DNA from: a virus
Taxonomy: Duplodnaviria; Caudoviricetes
DNA length: 60,208 nt
IMG/VR virus record: IMGVR_UViG_3300046374_000002
Location: 1 to 60,208 of that record
Direction: 5' to 3' (one strand)
Every line of letters starts with the position of its first letter. Within the stretch, counting starts at the first letter, position 1. The notes under the pieces are model-generated. The model was not told the origin of the DNA. It ran no database searches and worked only from the letters and a program-made list of their open reading frames with translations. Position numbers and translations under genes: made by a program. This document shows, piece after piece, positions 53,950 to 60,208 of the stretch.

Positions 53950-54243
53950 TTAATAATCTGTTGGATATGCTCTCTTAGCTACCATTCCCCAACCTGCGCC
54001 AGTAATAGCTATGGCATCTTGTGACTGCCAGAACTTAAGGAAATCTGTTAGTTCCTTTAAAGACATTCTTCGAAGACTTCGACTACCTATATGATACTCT
54101 ACTACTCCACTTTCGATAGCTTTCTTCATTCCCTTAAGTATAGCTTTAATCATCTCAGCTATTAACGACCTAGGGAATCCACCAGCAGGCATAACTTCTA
54201 TATCCCAGAAAGGCTGATCTATCTCTATTATAGGTATTGCCAT
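53950..54243 (-). CDS. gpW-like head-to-tail joining protein
   Basis: EYHIGSRSLRRMSLKEL; directly upstream of the portal. Confidence 0.75.
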   Translation of the reverse strand: MAIPIIEIDQPFWDIEVMPAGGFPRSLIAEMIKAILKGMKKAIESGVVEYHIGSRSLRRMSLKELTDFLKFWQSQDAIAITGAGWGMVAKRAYPTDY

Positions 54244-54255
54244 ATGGCTATGATT

Positions 54256-54269
54256 TCATAACGTTATGA
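54256..54269. repeat. dispersed palindrome, copy 16
   Basis: Exact 14-mer, 12 nt upstream of the gpW start. Confidence 0.95.
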
Positions 54270-54478
54270 TTCAAAGAAAAAATCCCGTCCACTATTAGAA
54301 AAGAAAGGAAACTAATAATGGACGGGTGACTAACATGACTACTAACTAACTCACTAACTAACACTAACTCGAAACCAACAAACAAACATAAACGTAGCTC
54401 TACCAAAGCTAACTTTTTGGTTAACTTATCACATCTCTTGGTCCTCCATAGGTAATTGCTAATGTACACTACACTAAC

Positions 54479-54507
54479 AATATACCTGCCTCACGCGGGT
54501 CTGTCAA
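54479..54507 (-). promoter_or_regulatory. sigma70-type promoter of the head/tail operon
   Basis: TTGACA-N17-TATATT, followed by a ~230-nt (GTTA)n-rich leader. Confidence 0.75.
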
Positions 54508-54598
54508 GAGCGGGTTATTTTACCCTGGAGATTATAGCCCTATAATCCCCGAAGAATCCCTGGAGAAACAATCATAACATCTTTTTTGGGCGTTATTG

Positions 54599-54916
54599 TT
54601 AGTCAATTATTTGGGTGTCAAACCTAAATAATACGCCCTTGTCATGGATAGCCAGATTAACTATCCGATAGTCGAATTTATCCCCATTAATAAACCAGAC
54701 TTTTCTAGCATCATCTAACAACCCTAATAGTTCCCTATAGAATAAAATCTTATGTTTATTTCCTATTCTATAGATATTGCCTATAGAAAAACTAAACTTC
54801 CACTTGTCTTTATACTTAAGATAGAGCGCATAACTATATCTATCAACTAGTACTGCTCTATCTGCTACTACTAATCCTGTACCTACTAGATCATCCTTAT
54901 CTAGAGTATAAATCAC
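54599..54916 (-). CDS. degenerate HNH_3-like protein
   Basis: VLVD...KW...LFYRELLG...VWFINGDKFDYRIVNL, compared with the usual VDHINGDKLDNRRxNL. Confidence 0.6.
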   Translation of the reverse strand: MIYTLDKDDLVGTGLVVADRAVLVDRYSYALYLKYKDKWKFSFSIGNIYRIGNKHKILFYRELLGLLDDARKVWFINGDKFDYRIVNLAIHDKGVLFRFDTQIID

Positions 54917-54926
54917 AACGTTATGA
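54913..54926. repeat. dispersed palindrome, copy 17 (one mismatch; stop and GTG start junction)
   Basis: TCACAACGTTATGA. Confidence 0.85.
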
Positions 54927-55094
54927 TATCTCTGTAATAGAGGACTTAGTTAGTAAGTTACATATCTCTACTGTTCCTTCATCTAATTCTTCTGCACACT
55001 CTCGACAACTCCACTCAGCAGGAACCATACCTATTTCATTAGTTCGATATAGGACTAGCGTTTGTTTGCCACACTTCTCACATGTTAGTTTCAT
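54921..55094 (-). CDS. small zinc-finger protein (57 aa); not in the ORF track
   Basis: MKLTCEKCGK...WSCRECAEE...EIS*. Confidence 0.6.
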   Translation of the reverse strand: MKLTCEKCGKQTLVLYRTNEIGMVPAEWSCRECAEELDEGTVEICNLLTKSSITEIS

Positions 55095-55303
55095 ATAAAC
55101 TTAACTGTTACTATCTCTATCAAAGATCTTACTTCTGGTCTATTTAATGCCTTAACTATCATTTCTCTATTAACTTCAGAAGGAAGTCCACAGATACTAA
55201 CAATTATCTCTCCTGGTTGTTCACCCAAATAGACATCTACAGTTATACCCATTGCACCTAGAATAGCTCCCATAGCCGTATATAAATAGATATTCTCACT
55301 CAT
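55091..55303 (-). CDS. hypothetical protein
   Basis: 70 aa ORF directly after terL. Confidence 0.6.
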   Translation of the reverse strand: MSENIYLYTAMGAILGAMGITVDVYLGEQPGEIIVSICGLPSEVNREMIVKALNRPEVRSLIEIVTVKFI

Positions 55304-55305
55304 AT

Positions 55306-57513
55306 TTAAAAACTAGTATTATTTCCTGCTCCATAGAAACCATATCCCCTAACCTTTCCCAATTCTCGATGCTCACGTCTAGCTTCTTGTTCTATTTCTC
55401 CTATCTCCATTATAGCCTGATTAGTTGGTTGTCCATATTGGTTAATAGCTTTCCTAACCTTTTGCTTGGTCCTATCTATACATATTAACTTACCTAATCC
55501 TATTTCTACTTCCTCTATATCTGAAGGTTGTAATTGAATCTTAGTACTTCCCTTCTCTATTTTATCTAACTTAACTTTCAAATACTCAAGTGCGGCTCTA
55601 GCATAAATCTGACATGACAAAGCTTCGTCTTGATCGGTTCTATTCTTAGTCCATTTAAACTTAGCAAATCCACTCTTATCAAATGTAACCTCACGTTGAT
55701 TGCTAGTTAGTTCTTCAAAGTATTCTATAGTATAACCACAAGTATCCATGTTATTAGGAAGCTTAGGCCAATGACAGTAACCTGGACCTGGCTTCTCGAT
55801 TGCAATCCTACTCTGTATTTCATCCTTTAGATAGTTACTACCTACCTTTACTAACCTTATCCCTTCTGCTATCCTAGCTTTCCTACTAGTTCTATCACTG
55901 ACAATTATCGATGTACCTTCCGACTCTACTCCTTTAATAGCAAATACTCTAGGATGTCTAGATTTACAGTACTTATATACATCATTTGTACAGTGACCAC
56001 CCGAATCAATAAAGGTAATTCTAGTTCTGATATAGCTACCATCCCTATATCTCCATAGTCTTCGATAGACAAAGTTATCTAGTTGCTGCCAGACTTCACT
56101 GTTAGGAATTCGAGGATCACCTTGAAAACTACCAGTCTCCAGACTAAATGATTCTCTATCTCTGGCCCATCCTACCACATCATAGACTATAAAACTATCT
56201 TGCACATCTACTCCAGCAGTTATAATTACCACATCATCAGGCACTTCCATTCCTAATGAATGACAGCTATAAACCTCTCTCCTATCACTATACAAATCTA
56301 TATCTATCTTCTTCCCTCTACGTTTGTAGTACTTTGTTAACTTTGTATTAACAAATACTCTCATTAGACTATCATCACCACCAGCATCTAATACCTTCTT
56401 ACATGATAGATAGTCATCTACCATATCTACTTTCCAATCTAACCACGGACTATCAAGTCCTGATATCCAATAGCTAGCAGTAGTCGAATGATCTCGGGCA
56501 TGTACCCATCGATAGAATCCTATACCTCTCTGCCACTTCCATTGAGGAAAGTATTGTCCACACTTCTCACATGCTAGCATAGCACTATCTAAATCCATCC
56601 TATCAAAGTCTAGTACTTGATAATGCCGGCAGCTAATATTAGGGCATTCGCGTTCCAACTTACCTTGTGTTCCATCTTCCCAGAAAGGAATAATTCCAGA
56701 TTCCCCTTCATCGTTACTAGGCGAAGAGAGAAGAATCTCCTTCCTATCGAAAAATGTAGTTGTCCTACTAAGGGCAAGTTTAACAGGGTTTCCTTGACGA
56801 TTAGCATTCTTTATACAAAGGTCTACTTCATCTACTATAACTATAGGTACTGGACGGCTAGATAAACCTGTAGCTGAGTTAGCACCAACAAAGTTAGCAA
56901 ATCCTCCTGGATATTTCTTTTTCTTAACTGTCGATGCTGCGCCTCCCTTAGAACTACTAGTATCTACTACCTTATCCTTTAAGGTACTAGTATTAGCTAT
57001 CATAGGCTCTATTCGTTCTTTACTAAATGACTCACAAGCATCTAAGGTAGGAAAGACTACTAACATACTACGAGGATTAATATCGATAGTATAACCAATA
57101 GGATTCAACACACAAGCCTCTGACCCTCCAGATTGTACAGGCTTAACTAATACTACTCTCCTATGTTTCGAATGTGGACTACACTCATCCATAACTTCAC
57201 GCATAGGATCAAACTTGTCAGTATGCCACTTTCCAGGTTCAGCAGCAAACTCAGTAGCTATCTGTCGAAACATATCCGCCCATTGACTAACAGTTATCAT
57301 AGGCGGAGGTGCTAACAATCGAAAGGCTTTCTTATACCATAGGAAACCCGCAGGATCAGACCAATCATCCCAATCTGTAACTATATTAACACATTGCCTA
57401 ACCTTATCTATCTGTCGAAGATTAGCCTTGCTAAACTTCTTGACATAGATAGCTTTACGTTCCTCTACTAGTCTCCTAATAGCTATTGAATTGGTTATCC
57501 TACCTACTGCCAT
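55306..57513 (-). CDS. terL: terminase large subunit, lambda GpA family
   Basis: VSQWAD; EPGKW; KPVQSGGSE; FSKERIEPMI; VIVDEVD; GNPV.LA..RTTTF; TAGVDVQ; IDSGG. Confidence 0.95.
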   Translation of the reverse strand: MAVGRITNSIAIRRLVEERKAIYVKKFSKANLRQIDKVRQCVNIVTDWDDWSDPAGFLWYKKAFRLLAPPPMITVSQWADMFRQIATEFAAEPGKWHTDKFDPMREVMDECSPHSKHRRVVLVKPVQSGGSEACVLNPIGYTIDINPRSMLVVFPTLDACESFSKERIEPMIANTSTLKDKVVDTSSSKGGAASTVKKKKYPGGFANFVGANSATGLSSRPVPIVIVDEVDLCIKNANRQGNPVKLALSRTTTFFDRKEILLSSPSNDEGESGIIPFWEDGTQGKLERECPNISCRHYQVLDFDRMDLDSAMLACEKCGQYFPQWKWQRGIGFYRWVHARDHSTTASYWISGLDSPWLDWKVDMVDDYLSCKKVLDAGGDDSLMRVFVNTKLTKYYKRRGKKIDIDLYSDRREVYSCHSLGMEVPDDVVIITAGVDVQDSFIVYDVVGWARDRESFSLETGSFQGDPRIPNSEVWQQLDNFVYRRLWRYRDGSYIRTRITFIDSGGHCTNDVYKYCKSRHPRVFAIKGVESEGTSIIVSDRTSRKARIAEGIRLVKVGSNYLKDEIQSRIAIEKPGPGYCHWPKLPNNMDTCGYTIEYFEELTSNQREVTFDKSGFAKFKWTKNRTDQDEALSCQIYARAALEYLKVKLDKIEKGSTKIQLQPSDIEEVEIGLGKLICIDRTKQKVRKAINQYGQPTNQAIMEIGEIEQEARREHRELGKVRGYGFYGAGNNTSF

Positions 57514-57626
57514 AAGCCTTGTCCAATATAATAAATAGATATATAGCTAATAATGATATAAATCAACAATGCTAGTATTATCACTAGCAATATTAACCTA
57601 TCCTCATCTTTCACTATATTGTCCAT
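57504..57626 (-). CDS. tiny membrane peptide (40 aa); not in the ORF track
   Basis: MDNIVKDEDRLILLVIILALLIYIIISYISIYYIGQGLWQ. Confidence 0.45.
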   Translation of the reverse strand: MDNIVKDEDRLILLVIILALLIYIIISYISIYYIGQGLWQ

Positions 57627-57694
57627 CTTATCCAATATATCAATACTACTATTCCAAATATCCAAATTGCAAATTGCCAATTGAAATCATTCAT
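57614..57694 (-). CDS. tiny membrane peptide (26 aa); not in the ORF track
   Basis: MNDFNWQFAIWIFGIVVLIYWIRWTI; ATG supplied by the palindrome. Confidence 0.45.
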   Translation of the reverse strand: MNDFNWQFAIWIFGIVVLIYWIRWTI

Positions 57695-57704
57695 AACGTT
57701 ATGA
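57691..57704. repeat. dispersed palindrome, copy 18 (stop and start junction)
   Basis: TerS ends MKS* here. Confidence 0.95.
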
Positions 57705-58223
57705 TTTCATAGGAGGTGAAAGTTCCCCTTCCTCTTCTAACTTCTCCAGCCAATTAGCATCTACAGCTTTTTGTGGAAGATGTTGCAACTCTTTTGCTAG
57801 TTCAAATGCTAGCTGCTGAAGTATAGCATTAACCTCGCGCATATCCTCCTTATGTAATAGCTTGCGAGCATAGGTGCTAGGTATAGCTAATATCTTCTGC
57901 CGCATAGCTACTAACAGAAAGGATAGCTGCTTAATAACTAACTCCTTCTCTATCAGCGATTCTCGAATCCGTGCTAGATCCATTTCAAAAGCCATAGTCC
58001 TAACTTCTGTCTGTCTAATCCTACGCTTTACAAATTCCTTGTCTAAATCCCATTTGTCCATTCCGTCTAAAGGATTATCATTAGGGGAAGGGGGAGGCAA
58101 AACCTTAGGCTTAGGAAACGTCTTAGGTAGATTTTTATTAACAATCTTCTTCTTCCTTTGAATATAGTCTAACATTCGCTTCATGTGCTCTGTTAGATTC
58201 TGATTGGACTCGGACCCTTCCAT
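57699..58223 (-). CDS. terS: putative terminase small subunit (Nu1-like C-terminal helices)
   Basis: EMDLARIRESLIEKELV...MRQKILAIPS.YA; upstream of terL; no clear N-terminal HTH. Confidence 0.7.
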   Translation of the reverse strand: MEGSESNQNLTEHMKRMLDYIQRKKKIVNKNLPKTFPKPKVLPPPSPNDNPLDGMDKWDLDKEFVKRRIRQTEVRTMAFEMDLARIRESLIEKELVIKQLSFLLVAMRQKILAIPSTYARKLLHKEDMREVNAILQQLAFELAKELQHLPQKAVDANWLEKLEEEGELSPPMKS

Positions 58224-58304
58224 ATAACTTTAACCTTTCTTTTTCTTGATATAATAGGTCTATTAGGATCTATCTTATGACTAACAAATCTTTTATAGTG
58301 AGGA

Positions 58305-58550
58305 TCACAATATCCTTTTGCTTTGTGCATACGGCCGCAATTCTCGATCATGCACAGCCTCCAACGGCTCAACGTCTACTCCTCTTTTAGTTAGCTCTTT
58401 AGTTAGTAATTTAACTATCTCTTCCGAAATGTTAGTTCCTCGATATGGATTGTTAATCACATGTACTCTCCATATAACTATCTCTGGAGACAGTAGCTTA
58501 GATAATGATAACTTTATATCCTCTAGGTTCTTAGCTTCGAACTGGTTCAT
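58305..58550 (-). CDS. hypothetical protein
   Basis: 81 aa ORF. Confidence 0.55.
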   Translation of the reverse strand: MNQFEAKNLEDIKLSLSKLLSPEIVIWRVHVINNPYRGTNISEEIVKLLTKELTKRGVDVEPLEAVHDRELRPYAQSKRIL

Positions 58551-58845
58551 CTGGTTCCTTTCTTAGATCTAACTCTGAGTTAAGCTCTGTTAGTAAAGGT
58601 CTAATCTCAGGAAAGTCTTCCTTTCCTACTGTTGCTATAGCTACTCCTAACAAAGCTAACTCCTCTACATTAAATAATTCAAATCTTCTCATAATGTTAA
58701 CCTGCTCGTATTGCTATCTGATTTATATCTGGTTCATAAAATACATCTCGACTTTCATTAGGAGTAGTCCCATAGAAGAAGCTAATCTCTAAGTCTCCAT
58801 GCTTACTAACTTCATCCTGTACTAGTTTAATCAATTCACTAGCTT

Positions 58846-59094
58846 TCATATTGAATCATCACTATGTGTCATCCAAGCAGCCGGATTAGCTTCACTCCGT
58901 TCAATGAAATTTTTCATCATAGTTAGTACTTCCTTACGACTCGACTTAGATATATAGTTAGCTCTACCTTCCTTGTCTCCATGAGGAAATACTAACAGAA
59001 AGAATCCCCAATCTACTGGTATTTCATCTTCGATAAACTTACCAATAACCTGTATACGTTCACGGGTATATTCATCAGGAGTTAGTTTTGCCAT
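58846..59094 (-). CDS. conserved phage hypothetical protein
   Basis: GFFLLVFP.G...GRANYIS...R.EV...MK.FI.R. Confidence 0.7.
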   Translation of the reverse strand: MAKLTPDEYTRERIQVIGKFIEDEIPVDWGFFLLVFPHGDKEGRANYISKSSRKEVLTMMKNFIERSEANPAAWMTHSDDSI

Positions 59095-59102
59095 ATGTTA
59101 CC

Positions 59103-59393
59103 TCATTGTTCATAGTGTGCTTGCCATTTGTTAGAACCAACAACAGATAGAGTTATACGCTTAACATCTGTAACGAATCCACCCTGATTGAATGTCTCTG
59201 TTTTCTTATTATCATAACCTATCTTCAAATCAAACAGTTCCCATTTACTATCATTGCTATCATAAGTGACTTGGTTAGTTTTGTAAGTAACTCGAAACCA
59301 AGCATTTGTACCATGCTTTGCTAACCAAACACTAGTAATAGGAAAGTTAGTCTGGTTAACAAGTAGAAACATTATTAGACTATATACCTTCAT
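59103..59393 (-). CDS. hypothetical protein, possible signal peptide
   Basis: Hydrophobic N-terminus; beta-rich. Confidence 0.55.
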   Translation of the reverse strand: MKVYSLIMFLLVNQTNFPITSVWLAKHGTNAWFRVTYKTNQVTYDSNDSKWELFDLKIGYDNKKTETFNQGGFVTDVKRITLSVVGSNKWQAHYEQ

Positions 59394-59602
59394 TTCTTCT
59401 TCTGTATTGAATGAGCTATCTTTGCTGCCTTAGCTTTCGAATATCCTCGCGAACGCATAGCAGCATAGGCTCGCTTAGCTTTGGATTTATTAACTCCTCT
59501 TGGAGCTATGAAGTAACCTTTACCTGTTCCCTTCACTACATGTGATACAGGTATACTCACTCTCTTGGCTCTAGCTCTAGCTCGTGCTTTAGTCTCTGGC
59601 AT
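59390..59602 (-). CDS. small, highly basic protein
   Basis: ARARARAKR; KRAYAAMRSRGYSKAKAAKIA. Confidence 0.65.
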   Translation of the reverse strand: MPETKARARARAKRVSIPVSHVVKGTGKGYFIAPRGVNKSKAKRAYAAMRSRGYSKAKAAKIAHSIQKKK

Positions 59603-59604
59603 TG

Positions 59605-59832
59605 TTAGTTCCTTTCCTTTTCTACTACCCTATACCTATATATCCCCTTGATTATATTCTCGATGGAATTATCTTCCTCTAAGAATACAAGTTTTACTTC
59701 ACCTAACTTTTTGTTAGTTGCTAACCCTTTGTTAGCACTCTCTAATATCTCTAGCATTATCTGGCTAGACGCTTTTAGTATTGTTGTCATAGTTGTGGTT
59801 GTCCTCCGAATAAAGACATACACATCTGCCAA
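59605..59832 (-). CDS. hypothetical protein
   Basis: 75 aa ORF. Confidence 0.5.
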   Translation of the reverse strand: MADVYVFIRRTTTTMTTILKASSQIMLEILESANKGLATNKKLGEVKLVFLEEDNSIENIIKGIYRYRVVEKERN

Positions 59833-59972
59833 GCTTTTTCGTTCATAGCAGGTAGTCCCTCGCTAAGTCGCTTTTCTAAACCATCATCTTTGTGGTCTAT
59901 ATTAACAACTGTTCCAGTCATAGTTGACCAGAAGTAACCAGATTGAGTTTGTATTTTATCTTCCTCGCTCAT
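59787..59972 (-). CDS. hypothetical protein
   Basis: 61 aa; first ORF from the right end. Confidence 0.5.
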   Translation of the reverse strand: MSEEDKIQTQSGYFWSTMTGTVVNIDHKDDGLEKRLSEGLPAMNEKAWQMCMSLFGGQPQL

Positions 59973-59978
59973 ATGAAA

Positions 59979-59992
59979 TCATAACGTTATGA
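59979..59992. repeat. dispersed palindrome, copy 19
   Basis: Exact 14-mer, 6 nt upstream of the first ORF. Confidence 0.95.
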
Positions 59993-60067
59993 AGTAATAT
60001 AACCATATACTAACAATCAAGAATATTAGCCCTAATACTAACAAAAGATTGTTAATACTAACTTTCA

Positions 60068-60133
60068 TAAGTCGTTGATTCTGAAATACTTACAAAGCTA
60101 ACAATTCATAAGTCGTTGATACTGAGGTACTTA
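60068..60133. repeat. tandem pair of TAAGT...ACTTA dyads (copies 4 and 5; 41-bp period)
   Basis: TAAGTCGTTGATTCTGAAATACTTA (60068) and TAAGTCGTTGATACTGAGGTACTTA (60109). Confidence 0.7.
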
Positions 60134-60197
60134 CGAGCTAACTATAACAGGCAAAAAATCTGTTAGGGGGTTTTGTAGATCTCTGCTAAGGATTCTA

Positions 60198-60208
60198 CCG
60201 CATCGCGG
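60198..60208. repeat. terminal direct repeat CCGCATCGCGG (right copy)
   Basis: Identical to 1..11. Confidence 0.75.

Noticed and set aside
54248-54469. 73-aa ORF ending MKS*
   Set aside because: It starts almost at the predicted transcription start and is made of GTTA-repeat leader sequence; probably non-coding, though not excluded
19101-56807. Other nested same-strand ORFs (19101..19358, 24318..24845, 36126..36323, 56610..56807)
   Set aside because: They lie within conserved or repetitive parts of real genes and have the Leu/Ile/Met-rich composition expected of off-frame reads
398-59848. Plus-strand ORFs in the track
   Set aside because: They are antisense shadows of minus-strand genes or of the early leader, with no recognisable motifs; all promoters I found face the minus direction
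1092-59992. Palindrome copies as a CRISPR array
   Set aside because: Copies are kilobases apart, not separated by 30-40 bp spacers. The PD-(D/E)XK nuclease sits in a recombination module and no cas operon is present
1-60208. Stop-codon reassignment suggested by abundant TAG
   Set aside because: Long conserved genes are intact in the standard code, and TAG terminates several genes at sensible positions
1-60208. Lysogeny module
   Set aside because: I recognised no integrase, CI/Cro pair or ParA/ParB; lifestyle cannot be assigned from what I can see

Overview
The window is an apparently complete ~60.2 kb tailed dsDNA phage genome, with the 11-mer CCGCATCGCGG at both ends. Essentially all genes lie on the minus strand. 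Read right to left, the modules are: lambda-like packaging and head (TerS, GpA-type TerL, gpW, portal, ClpP-type protease, decoration protein, gpE-type capsid); a P2-like contractile tail with two collar-domain fibres; holin and amidase; replication and recombination (AAA ATPase, SF2 helicase, PD-(D/E)XK nuclease, Sak4-like ATPase, SSB, Clp-N protein, UDG-like protein, family A DNA polymerase, RuvC-like resolvase); small early genes including ardC and an HNH; and an AEP primase plus D5 helicase with a candidate origin. I saw no integrase, repressor, CRISPR array or reverse transcriptase. The most unusual content is non-coding. (1) 19 copies of the palindrome TCATAACGTTATGA are spread across the genome at gene junctions and often supply the stop and/or start codon. 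(2) Two type II hammerhead ribozymes bracket ardC, inside an early operon where almost every intergenic gap holds a conserved RNA hairpin. (3) Two tRNA-like but non-canonical RNAs are present. (4) A possible nested gene lies inside a DNA polymerase insertion. All calls come from reading motifs by eye; no searches or folding programs were run.
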